Shown here: positions 52,420 to 64,000 of the stretch, piece after piece
How the letters are laid out: every line of letters starts with the position of its first letter
How positions within the stretch are numbered: the first letter of the stretch is position 1
NCBI GenBank assembly: GCA_951406725.2
Contig: OX597833.1
Location: 60,326,001 to 60,390,000, forward strand
DNA length: 64,000 nt
Origin: Octopus vulgaris
Lineage: Eukaryota
Reading direction: 5' to 3'
Notes under the pieces: generated by a model
Databases searched by the model: none
Seen by the model: the letters and a program-made list of their open reading frames with translations, nothing else
Told to the model about the DNA's origin: nothing
Program-made: the position numbers and the translations under genes

Positions 52420-53455
52420 CATCCAGCAGAGCATACTAGCCTCATTTCACTCTAACATTTGTATGTCCACTGCATTTAACCCTTTTGATTCCAACCCGGC
52501 CAAAACTGCCTCTGGCTCTGTAGTACAAATGTCTTGTTTTCATAAGTTTTGAATTAAAATCTTCCACCAAATCTTAGGCACAATTTATGTTCCCAACACT
52601 AGCTTAATGATAACTAAGTTCTTTTACCAAATTCTTTGTTATATTTAAAATTAATTGAATGAAATACAGAGCATCTCAAAATAAATATGGTAACGAAAGG
52701 GTTAAGGTACATCTCTCACTTCCATGTAGAATTGCTGTTCTTATGTATGCATCATGCAATCTTCCTTTCACTCAGAGTGAGAAACCTTTGGTTCCCAACA
52801 GAGGCAAAAACTCTCTGAATTTTCTACATCCTATTTTTATTCTAGCTATTACACTCTCTGTACATCCTCCCCCACAACTACTAATTTGTCCTCTAAGTAG
52901 CAGAAATGATTCACTACCTCTAAAAATCCTCTGGGGCAATTGAGAAAATTGATTTCTTGTGTATCTGTAGTTTTTATAGCTCCTGTGCATTTTTCTGTTG
53001 TAAAGTGGGTTCTTCTCACTGGTGTGATGTGTGACTGTAATTGTACTGTAGTTGCTGTTTACATTAGTAGCCACAATAGTTATTAGTCATCAGATATTGT
53101 TGTATCTCTTCATGCTAAAATAATAATACACTAACTTTTGTCTTACTATCGCTGATAGTTCCACAAGACACTAACTAGAACTGTCAAGTCCCAACTCTTT
53201 GACTCTCGACCCTCCCTTGACGACTGGGTACTGGTTTGTTCATAATGGCTGACTCCTACCACTTTTTACCAGGAGGGGTTATACAGTTTCGCTATATAGC
53301 ACTTCCACATGCGAGCACTACTTTCTCTGATAACCTTCCTATTATTCCACTGCACCTCTTGTATATCCATAGCTTACACTGGGTACACCATATGGAATTC
53401 CTGCCTACAACTTTCCTACAGGTTGAGCAAGGCCACTCACTTATTTGAGACAAAT
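52420..53455 (-). mobile_element. Fragmented RTE-like LINE ORF (Cys-rich insert and post-RT region), interrupted by a TTAA MITE
   Basis: WPCSTCRKVVGRNSIWCTQCKLWIYKRCSG; GGGCTESVIARIKIGCRKFREFLPLL; VKGRLHDAYIRTAILHGSE; then NEASMLCWM beyond the MITE. Confidence 0.75.
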
Positions 53456-55160
53456 TCTTTAGGCATGGAAACACCAACAGCCAAACCTGGCCATGATGCA
53501 TGTAGGAGGATGAAACCATCTTACAATTGTTCAGTATCCTTGTATTAATTAATGACTTTTGAGATGGTATCATGAAACAGTTGCTGTCTTATGTAAGATG
53601 AATCTGGCTATCTGCTGAACATATAGTGAAGATTGAAGCATCACCTTCTTTGACAGAGAAGGGAGGCAGACTTTTCTCTGCTTAATAGCTGTGGTGAAAG
53701 AGGTTGTGTAGTGGGCCCATCTGAAAGGTTTGAAGACAGACTCTGACCAAGCTTTCATCAATTTCTTCATGTATCATTTAAAGAGTAAGGTATGGGTAGA
53801 GAAGGAATTGCTGCCTTCCAGTGTGCTTATCAAAAGGTAGATGAGAGTGCAAGACTGGTAAGCCCAAATGGGCCTACACTGAGTAAATAAGAGGAAAGGC
53901 CAAGTAAGAAGAGAAAAACTGGAAGAGGGCCTTTCTGATGCCTCGGTTAAAGCAAGAGTAATCTGTACCTTTTTGCATTGGGTTTTCCCTGAATTACTCT
54001 AACTGGATGGCCCTGGTGTTGGGGGTTTTTTCATCTGTCTATTTTCCTGAATTCTATCTTTATATCTTTTTCTATATCCTTATTGGAACTGTGTGTAGTC
54101 CTCAATGACATGGGACCTGGTTACCATAAAAGAAATCATTATTATTAGTAGTAGTAATAGTTAATATAACTATAATTTCTGTCATACGCAGGACACAAAT
54201 TCGAGGGATAGGGTTTAGTTGATTAAAGTGATCAAGTACTTGACTAATAGTTTATTCTATTGACCCCGGAAGTGTAAAAAGCAAATTTAATCTGGACAGA
54301 ATTTATACTGAGACGGATGTTAGTGAACACCGCAACGAGTTACTTCCCTTGAATATTTTATTTTGGAAAAACTAAGGCGAAGTTTTGATGTTGTCTCCTT
54401 CAGGTAGGTTGACGTTTCTCCACTAAATTGGGCTTCCTTGGTGGAGGTGGGGATCAGTCAATTACATCAACCCCAGTGTTCAACTGGTACTTATTTTATC
54501 GACCCCGAAAGGATGAAAGGCAAAGTCAACCTTGGCGGAATTTGAACTCAGAACGTAGTGATGGGTGAAATACAGCTAAGTATTTCATCCAGTGTGCTAA
54601 CGATTCTGCCAGCTCACCACCTGCAATAATAATAATAATAATAATAATAAAGACTTGTAGTGTAAGTACATGTGAAGCTATATGGCTTAGTGGTTTGGGT
54701 GTTGGACACACAATTGTAAGATTGTGGTTTTAATTCCTGGACTAGGTGATGTGTTGTGTTCTTAAGCAAAACATTTCGTTTCATGTTACTTCTATCACTC
54801 AGCTGGTAAAAATGAATAATCCTGTAACGGACTGGTGTTGCATTCAGAGAGGACTATATATGACAGGGAAACTGGGAAGCAGCCCTATGCTTCTTAGGGA
54901 GCAATGTGGATTAACCAATATCAGTACAAGGGTAGCAGTTTTGAGGAGAACGGTTTAGTTAATTTCCAATAATTTGCATTGGTAATTCTGTTGAGAAAGA
55001 CATGAACATCTTTTATCATCATTCTTCTCACCTGTAAATATAAGATGTTATGTTAGAAATGTTAATTAACTAAAGAAATGTTAATTTTTCAGCTCAGTAA
55101 TGAGAATGCTGATCTGATTCTGTCAACCCATCAAGAAAGAAGATAAAGGCTCCCTGGAAC

Positions 55161-55327
55161 ATGGATCAGGAAACAGCACAATTGTTGTTTAAAGAAGGGG
55201 CTATTTTCATCCTTCTTGATGTTCCCCTGGGCACAGAGTTTGGCATTGATTATAACTGTTGGGATGTTGGACCCAAATTTAAGGGTGTCAAAATGATCCC
55301 ACCTGGAGTTCATTTCATATATTACAG
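55161..55327 (+). CDS. AAR2: AAR2 coding exon 1
   Basis: ATG at 55161; acceptor TTTTCAG at 55092; donor AG|GTATAT. Confidence 0.94.
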
Positions 55328-58300
55328 GTATATATCTTCTTTTATTCATTTTTTTAAAAAACTAAGCACAAGAGCTTGAATTCAAACCTAATTCCAGAAT
55401 CACCAAATACAATAGATGTATTAATCCAATATGTTGAAAGAAACAACAATATTAAACTGTCTCATTGCACCAGATATTTCAGGATAGCATTCCACTAAGA
55501 CATCATCATCATCATTTAACGTCCGCTTTCCATGCTAGCATGGGTTGGACGAATGACTGAGGGCTGGCGAACCAGATGGCTGCACCAGGCTTCAATCTTG
55601 ATCAGGCAGAGTTTCTACGACTGGATGCCCTTCCTAACGCCAACCACTCCGAGAGTGTAGTGGGTGCTTTTATGTGCGACCGGCACGAAGACCAGTCAGG
55701 CGGTACTGGGAATGACCTCGCTCAAATCTTTTACACATTCCACCGGCACAGGTGCCAGTAAGGCGATGCTGGTAACAATCACGCTCAAATGGTGTTTTTG
55801 GCGGCCAGATAGCCGCTCTGGCGATGATCACGCTCGGATGGTGCTCTTAATACCCTACTAGCATGGAGCTTGAGTGCCAGTATTAAATATACTGCATATT
55901 AAATATTTCATCACTAATAATATACTGTACTATACACTGCACATAGACCAAACATAAGTTGATTTACTCTGTACACACACACACACACAAATATATTAAT
56001 ATATACAAGGGTTGGGAAAAATAAAAGAAACCTTGTTAAATGAAAGATTTATTATTTAATATGAGACTGGTCCACCTTTGGCTTCAAGCACAGCTTTAAT
56101 ATGTTAAAGAATTGTCTTGAACAGTTGTTAAGAAAATTTTGAGCCATTCTTCAAGTAAAACCTGCTTTAGCTCTTTCATCAATGATAGCAGACAGTATCA
56201 GCTCCACACTTACAGCTCCAAAATGCACTTTAAATGTTCAATTGTATTGAAATTTGGTGATTATTCCAAGTGCCCTTTGTACCAGTTTGAATATCATTAG
56301 CTCTGTGAACTAGCATGTTATTGTATCATCATACGGTCAGGAAATAATGTTTGTACTATAGCATGGATGTAGTCCTCCAAAATACTCAGATAATCCTTGC
56401 GTTAACTCTGCAATGTAGCACAGCTAAAGGGCCAAAAGAATTCCATGAAGTAGCTGTAAAACCTTCACAGAGCCACCTTCATGCTTCGCAGGAGTGAAAC
56501 AGTCAGGGTTGAAGGTTTCTTTGGTCCGTCTCCAAACATAAACTCAACCCAAAGTGAAAGAAAAAGCTAAATGATGATCCATTAGAGAATATGACTTAGA
56601 ACCATTAAGCTATGAACCCCATCTGATTATCTGGACACCACTTTTTAGAAACTTCAGTTTAGATATACAATAGATGGAAGCACTCCATCAGTTACGACGA
56701 CGAGGGTTCCGGTTGATCCGAATCAACGGAACAGCCTGCTCGTGAAATTAACATGTAAGTGGCTGAGCACTCCACAGACACGTGTGCCCTTAACGTAGTT
56801 CTCGGGGATATTCAGCGTGACACAGAGAGTGACAAGGCCGGCCCTTTGAAATACAGGTACAACAGAAACAGGAAGTAAGAGTGAGAGAAAGTTGTGGTGA
56901 AAGGGTACAGCAGGGATCACCACCATCCCCTGCTGGAGCCTCGTGGTGCTTTAGGTGTTTTCGCTCAATAAACACTCACAACGCCCGGTCTGGGAATCGA
57001 AACCGCGAGTCCGCTGCCCTAACCACTGGGCCATTGCGCCTCCACTTTAGATATACAGATGCAACATTAACAGAAAAAACAAAAATCTATGATTTTACTT
57101 CTGTTGCCATGGTTGAGTTAATATTGTTGTGGTTGAGTTATTTATCTATATTTTTCTGCAGTTAAAACATCTCTCTCTATATATAAACAGCAAAATGTCT
57201 GTCTGTGTGTGTGTGTGCATGTCCTTTATACAAATCCACAATTTTTCAGTTAGAGGGCTTGCACTTTCTATGGTCATTCAAAACCGTCCAAGGGTTGTCG
57301 TGCACATCTTTACATTTCCCCAGTCACCCCGCAAAGCCATTAAAAAATCAATAGAAGTGACTTTTTTGTGATTTTCTATCCAAAACCCAACCAAAATACT
57401 TGAAACTTGATATGCCAATTGAATGCCAGCTAGCTGTATGTGATTGGTCGGAGATTTGGACAGTACTCGCGTGTATGTGCGCACGCATGCAGCTGTATAT
57501 GCATGCACTAGCACTATGACCCGGCGTTGCTGGGTCATAGTGCTAGTTCTTAATAATTTGTTTCATTTGTTGACATTTTTCAGTTTCCAGGATACAACAC
57601 TAACCTTTAACCTATTCACTTTCACCTTACAACACTGACCTTTTACCTCTACATATTGATTTTACAGTGCTATGTTGACCACGAGGTCTCTTACATTCCT
57701 CATCAACATACCATTCCACTATAACCAACTTATACTTTCAGTGCCAAAAACAAAGAAGGACAAGTGGCGCCACGTACTGGTTTCTTTCACGAATTCAAAC
57801 AGCGGGAAATTATCTTAAGAAAATGGGACCCTCTCAATGAAGGTATGCTTTTAGGTTTGCTCTTCACCCGTTTTTGACTGTCCGTAGTTTGAATGAATCT
57901 TGTGACAGAGGAATCGCTGAAGCATGTCTTATCTTCCAACATACCTAAAACACTCAGCTTATATCTTCTTCCATGTTATTTTCATATGATTTTTTTTTTT
58001 CTTAAAGCTTTCGCTCGTTACAAGGTCCTTAGACCTCTGAAAACGTAAGAGCTACTAGAATAAAACGGACTCTGGACTGAAGTCAGTAGGTGATGATGTA
58101 CATGAGACTTAAAAGACTGGAGGACATATTGAAGAGGAAAACAAGATTGTGGAAGGGAATTCCAAAGTTCAGAGGTGCGAGGGAAGAAAATGGTACTGTA
58201 AAGTGCTTTGTGACACTTAGGCAGTTGCACAGTATACTGATAAGAACTGGATGCAAGTCTAGTTCATTTCTAATAAGTTCTTAAAGGAGGAACCAGAGAA

Positions 58301-61300
58301 GGGAGCTCAGCTGATGATGTCCATGAAAATACTTATAGAAAAGGGACAAAGAAGCTACACGACGACGAATGGAGAGTGAATCCAATTTAGAAGATAGATC
58401 AGGACCAATACAAATAGTGTTGAAGATGGCTGAGACATAGTGGGTTTTGGAACATAAGGTAGCTGGGGTGAGGTATTATGTGTTTGGGACATAGGTTAGT
58501 TGTTTGAGACACTGGGGGTATTGGGACATAGATCAGTAATGAGAAATAGGTTCCACATTATAAGATTTTCAGGAACATAACATTGTTGGGAATGCCTATA
58601 GTCTCAAGTTATCTGCTTTTTCCAACTGTCATTATACAAGAGAGGTAATGTACACTGTTTACATTGGTTGGACTGGTGTCCTCACCTTGATTGTTGGCTT
58701 TCACTACATTTTGGTTGTGACACTCCAGACTTCTACGTTCCATGCTGGTATGGATTGGACAAAACTTGTTGAGGTAGATTTTCCTGCAGCTTGATGCTCT
58801 TCCTGTTACTACCCTTTACCTGTTTTCCAAAGAAGATATTTTCATTCCTCTAATCCTTCTCATCATCATCGTTTAGCGTCCGTTTTCCATGCTAGCATGG
58901 GTTGGACGGTTTGACTGGGGTCTGGGAAGCCAGGAGGCTGCACCAGGCTCCAGTCTGATCTGACAGTGTTTCTACAGCTGGATGCCCTTCCTAATGCCAA
59001 CCACTCCATGAGTGTAGTGGGTGCTTTTTATGTGCCAGGGGAGGCTGGCAACGGCCACAACCGGTTGGTGCTTTTTACGTGCCACCGGCACATGTATATA
59101 TATTTTGAATATGTATATATATTTCAAATATGTGTGTGTGTGAGGCATAAAATAATATCACTATTTGCATGTGCTGTTAAAAATGTGTCTGGCTGTTGAG
59201 CAGTTTATCATTCAAAAAGCAGGGGAAATTGTGTCTTGCTTGGAAACAACAGGAAGGACATCAGCTATAAAAGTATCCTCTCACTCATGTTAATATGGAA
59301 AAGGCAAACATTAAACCAATGATGATGATGGTGGTGATGGTGTGTGTAAGTATTGGTCTCATTGTCTTTAATCTTATTTCAGACATTAAAGCTGAAGAAG
59401 CCAACCCAGATGTTATGGAAAGTTATGAAATAAACAAGCAAGAGTTAGACCAATATTTAGCTCCTTATCCATATGACAAGTAAGTATATCTATTTCTTTA
59501 TTACCCACAAGGGGTTAAACATAGAGGGGACAAACAAGGACAGACAAACGGATTAAGTCGATTATATCGACCCCAGTGCATAACTGGTACTTATTTAATC
59601 GACCCCGAAAGGATGACAGGCAAAGTCGACCTCGGCGGAATTTGAACTCAGAACATCACGGCAAACGAAATACGGCTATGCATTTCGCTCGGCGTGCTAA
59701 CGTTTCTGCCAGTAAGTATATCAACATTGGTCCCCTCTGTGGTTGTCATGATGGCCTGGCTCTCCATTGGTTATGATGATGAGTGTTCCTGTTTTTCTGA
59801 TCAACGGAACAGCATGCCAGTGGCTGAGCCCTTTACGGATGCATGTACGCTCAACGTAGTTCTCAGACAGATTCAGCATAACACAGGGTGTGACAAGGCT
59901 GACCCTTTGAACTGCAAGAACTTTTCATTTTTGCCAGCTGAGTGGATTGGAGCAATGAGAAATAAAGTGTTTTGCTCATGGACACAGTGCACCACTAGGA
60001 ATCAAATTCACAACCATAAGATCATGAGCCGAATGCGCTAGCTATTATGCCACATGCCTTGTGGTTGTCATACAATCTTTTATATCAGCTGTGATATGTT
60101 TTACTATCTTACACCTTACACACACCATGTATAGTCTTTTATCCATACATTAACCCTTTCGTTGCTGTATTTCTGTTGAGATGCTCTGTGTTTCTTTCAA
60201 TTACTTTAAATATAACAAAGAATTTAGTAAAATAACTTAGTTATCATTCAGCTAGTGTTAGAAACATAAATTGTGACTAAGGTTTGGTGGAAGATTTTAA
60301 TTCAGAACTTATGAAAATAAGTCATTTATACTCAGAGCCAGAGCTGGTTTCAGCCAGGTTGGTAACAAAAGGGTTAAATATGTCCAAAGTCAGGATGCCA
60401 TGATAGATCGTTAGCTCCTACACGCATTTTTTCTCTCTCCTTGTTTTTTTTCTGTTTATCTTTCTGTCAAAGAGTGTAGGCTCGAAACGTAAAAGACTTT
60501 TTCTATTTCTATTCCTGAGCGCTATACTAATACATTTGTTTGTTTGTACTCCACCTGCCTTCGTCTTTTGTTTATTTTCGTAAACTTTCCCATTAAATAT
60601 GTATGACTGTTTAAATTATTGCCTCAACCACACCAGTATCTCCGCTACTTCAGTAGTTCAGTCATCCTAATACTTTTTCTATGCTAATAGCTCAGCTATA
60701 CCAACTCCCCATCTGTCCCATTTTTTTTGGGGGGGGGAGCTATTCCCAATGCTCCCAAGTATTTCATTACCCCAGCTAGGTCCTGTACTAGCGACTAATA
60801 CTCCAGCTACCCCAATGCTTCAATCTAACTTTTTTTTTCTAATTCCAGCTACAAGAAATGGGTGTCCCTCACGAACCACATCACTAGCGATTTACTTACC
60901 TCACTGCATGCAGAGGAAGTGAAAGTATCATCTGTAACAGCCCTCAAATCAGAGAAAAGTGATTCTCTCTCAAGAGCCGCAGATCGGCTGAAAAGCTCGG
61001 AGCCGGTTCGGGATGTAAGTCAGGAATGTCAGTCAATAAAGGAAGCGGAATCTCATCTGTCCAAACTGCAGTTTGCTCCAGACTCCAGTGTTCAATACCA
61101 TGCTGTTCCTAGGAAATACCCAGCTGGAGCAAGCCCTGCTGATGTCACCAAATACAGCTTAGATTCCAGTTATGCCCTTACCACAATGATTGAATCCTGC
61201 TACAACAACAAAGAATTGTTGTTGTTGGGGGAGCTGCAGATATCATTTGTCTGTTTTATCATAGGACAAGTTTACGATGGTTTTGAGCAATGGAAGAAGC

Positions 61301-61614
61301 TGGTCAGTGTTCTGTCAACGGCACAGAGAGCGGTCGTCACTTATCAAAACCTTTACATGCAATGCATTAAAGTTCTCTATTTCCAACTGAAGGAAATACC
61401 TGAAGATTTCTTTGTGGACATTTTGTCCCAACAAAATTTCCTTACCGACACACTTTATGAGTTTTTCTTGAACATCAACAACGAGGAGGTCAGTGATGAG
61501 CTGAGGAAGAGAGGGGCAAAGTTTAAAGCAAATCTAACGGAGACTTTCAAATGGGATTTTAGCAGAGAACCTGATGAATATGCCCCGGTTGTTGTTGAAA
61601 CTGAGATTACATAG
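55161..61614 (+). CDS. AAR2: Protein AAR2 homolog (U5 snRNP/PRP8 assembly factor), spliced, 4 coding exons, about 376 aa
   Basis: Motifs [112 protein letters not shown]; intron phases are consistent (167+101+97+766 nt). Confidence 0.96.
56005..56600 (-). mobile_element. Degenerate Tc1/mariner transposase remnant
   Basis: [10 protein letters not shown] resembles SPDLNPIENLW; [10 protein letters not shown] resembles VKHGGGSVMVWG; AVLEAKGGP-like C-terminus; TA|CAAGGG terminus. Confidence 0.7.
57170..57546 (+). mobile_element. Non-autonomous Helitron-like element in AAR2 intron
   Basis: A|TCTCTCTCTATATATAAA 5' end; 3' hairpin and CTAG|T. Confidence 0.75.
57742..57842 (+). CDS. AAR2: AAR2 coding exon 2 ([34 protein letters not shown])
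   Basis: TTTCAG acceptor; G|GTATGC donor; conserved PRTGFF and KWD. Confidence 0.93.
58010..58430 (-). mobile_element. 3' end of a CR1/L2/Jockey-group LINE ORF2
   Basis: [23 protein letters not shown]...[18 protein letters not shown]...FKSHV. Confidence 0.8.
59383..59479 (+). CDS. AAR2: AAR2 coding exon 3 ([32 protein letters not shown])
   Basis: TTTCAG acceptor; GTAAGT donor; LD..LAPYPY motif. Confidence 0.93.
60849..61614 (+). CDS. AAR2: AAR2 coding exon 4 ([12 protein letters not shown]...[13 protein letters not shown])
   Basis: Poly-T tract and TTCCAG acceptor; 250-aa open frame; TAG at 61612-61614. Confidence 0.96.
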
Positions 61615-62569
61615 TGTGGGGCAACCAGATGAGTATGGCCCTGTTGTGGTTGAAAGCGAGAGCACAAACTTAACCCTTTCGTTACTGTATTTATTTTGAA
61701 ACATTCTGTGTTTCTCTCAATTACTTTAAATACAACAAAGAATTTAGTAAAATAAACAAGTTATCATTAAGCTGGTGTTAGGAACGTTAATTGTGACTAA
61801 GGCTTGGTGGAAGATTTTAATTCAAAACTTATGAAAACAAGACATTTTACCACAGAGCCAGACGTGGTTTCAGCTTGGTTGGTATCAAAAGGGTTAAGAA
61901 TTGTTTCTCTATTATATATTTTAAGGTAACAAACCATTCAGTCAGATACCACTAAGTCCAGTGTAATGGACATCAGAACAATGGTTGTCCATCAACCTGT
62001 TTCTTCATACATCAACATGTTCTCACAACAACATTAAATTTCTCCATTCTTTTCTTTCATTTTTTGTTCTTCTCATTCTTCCTTCCCTGTTTGTTCTTGC
62101 TTATCTTTCTTCTCTTCTTCTTTCATCAAAAACAAAATGTTTCAAAAGAGAAGAGAGACTGTGACCCCAACAGGATTCTAGCAATAAAATATTGCCGACA
62201 TCAGATGAAATATTCTAAAAGATGTTAGTGAAATAGAGTGAGTGACATTATATGTGTTTAATGCAAATGTCGTTATTTAAGTCAACCTGTTGGAGTATGT
62301 GCAGTCTTTCTCAGAGGCAGAATTGGGTAAGGTGGGGACCTGATGATTATCTTCCATTTGATTTTGGGTGAGGTGCTTGCTGTGGTTATGGATCTCCAGA
62401 TCCCCCAATGCTGACATGGGTTGGATAGATCTGCGAAGTTTGCCTCACCACAGCCTGTCCCATCTGAATCCTACTGGCTTTTCATCGCTACCCTGACTTC
62501 AAATCTCTGACAGACACACTATATCCACTCGCAAGCATGGAAAAGTGGGTGTCCAAATTATGATGATGA

Positions 62570-63300
62570 TAATGGTGGCTATTCGTAATTAAATGTTGGG
62601 AATATATTTTGCTGTACCATTCCTCTTGAAGTGTATTTACCGTTGCAGGACAAGGAGGTAAGTTATCCTCGTGCCTACATCTTAAGGAGTGCATATGCTG
62701 CAAGAATCTTCTCTTGAAGCACTTGGTTTTCCTTCCTCTGTAGTGATTTGTAATACCATTGTGGGGTGTGAGGATGGTCCTATAAACCATGGCTTTCAAG
62801 TGGCAGAATGATTCTGGTGGTTGCAGGTGGGATGGAGATTGTATGGATGTGTTTGCCTCTCTTATGGCATGCAATGTTGTCTAAACATGAATAGATGACT
62901 TTAACATTATGAGAATTAGAAAGTGTATGGAATCTAGGAAAATGTTGCTTAAGATCAGAGAGCTCCTGGTTGTATTGGTAAAAACATTTATGTTGCATGG
63001 TGGATTATACCAGATGACCTTTCATTTTTTCTGCTGATACTTGTAACCAAGTTTTTCAATTTCAGTTGGGGGATGGTGCAATGCAGACCATTTTCTCTGG
63101 ATTTTCTGCAGTGGTAGTATTTACCTGTCTTGAAGTTTAGGATAACATCTAAGAAATTGAGCTTTGTTAAGTTGGTGGAGACAGTTATTGATAGGCTGAA
63201 ATCTTTGAAGATGTTAATGAACTTCTTCCTAAACTTGTGTCATAACTGCTCATATAGCAAGAGATAGCCAGACCATCATCCCTGAATAGGGCCAAACTGA
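62570..63300 (-). mobile_element. Penelope-like retroelement RT/linker fragment
   Basis: ALFRDDGLAI, FINIFKDFSLSITVSTNLTKLNFLDVILNFKTGKY and HFPRFHTL...NVKVIYSCLDNI match typical Penelope RT/thumb motifs. Confidence 0.8.
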
Positions 63301-63829
63301 CCTTTTTCTTTCCTTTAAAAATCAGCACGAACTTTCCGGACAACCCAATAGTAAATGGGTTTGTACTTTATTTACTACTGCTGTATTTGGCTGATTCGTG
63401 AATCAGAAAGTTTCATGTCACACACATGATTATTTATATTTTTTTTTTTAAATCTTTTTTTTTTACTTGTTTCAGTCATTTGACTGCGGCCATGCTGGAG
63501 CACCGCCTTTAGTCAAGCAAATTAAACCCGGGACTTATTCTTTGTAAGCCCAGTACTTATTCTATCAGTCTCTTTTGCCGAACTGCTAAGTGACGGCAAC
63601 GTAAACACACCAGCGGGGAACAAAGACAGACACACAAACATACACACACACACATATATATATATACAATGGGCTTCTTTCAGTTTCCGTCTACCAAATC
63701 CACTCACAAGGCTTTGGTCCGCCCGAGGCTATAGTAGAAGACGCTTGCCCAAGATGCCGCGCAGTGGGACTGAACCCGGAACCATGTGGTTGGTAAGCAA
63801 GCTACCTACCACACAGCCACTCCTGCGCC

Positions 63830-63865
<36 letters not shown>

Positions 63866-64000
63866 TACACACTGCCCTAAGAATGCAACTGACAACTGGG
63901 GGTTATTTCCAATACTGAGCAGTAATTTTACCAAATTTGTAAAATCTGCTGTTGTGGAGCTGCAGTTGCCATGAAAACCATAGTATTGGGTGTTTTGGTC

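Noticed and set aside
53460-54130. Coding-like minus-strand stretch (ORF 53570..53770)
   Set aside because: Broken frames and no recognisable motif; probably an old retroelement fragment, but unsupported without a search.

Overview
Eukaryotic, AT-rich, repeat-dense genomic DNA. The SINE/LINE families and microsatellite load suggest a cephalopod, probably Octopus (inference). Two divergently oriented spliced genes are present. (1) The 5' two-thirds of the V-type proton ATPase catalytic subunit A gene (ATP6V1A) lies on the minus strand: 9 coding exons from the ATG at 25253 down to 102, continuing beyond the window start, with a probable non-coding first exon and promoter near 47.0-47.7 kb. (2) A complete AAR2 gene (U5 snRNP assembly factor, 4 coding exons, 55161-61614, about 376 aa) lies on the plus strand. 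The rest is SINEs, RTE/CR1-L2 LINE fragments, Penelope-like fragments, Tigger and Tc1 relics, TTAA (piggyBac-type) and hAT MITEs, non-autonomous Helitrons and microsatellites. Almost all ORFs in the supplied track are repeat artefacts. Most notable observations: a clear U12-type (minor spliceosome) intron in ATP6V1A; several minimal hammerhead-ribozyme motifs, one enclosed by ~113-bp inverted arms in a TA-flanked element; a cluster of three MITF/TFEB M-boxes at the putative ATP6V1A promoter; an out-of-frame, codon-conserved duplicate of the AAR2 C-terminal motif just after the stop codon; and a 190-bp local copy bracketed by TCACGTGA palindromes. Coordinates were counted by hand; repeat boundaries are approximate.
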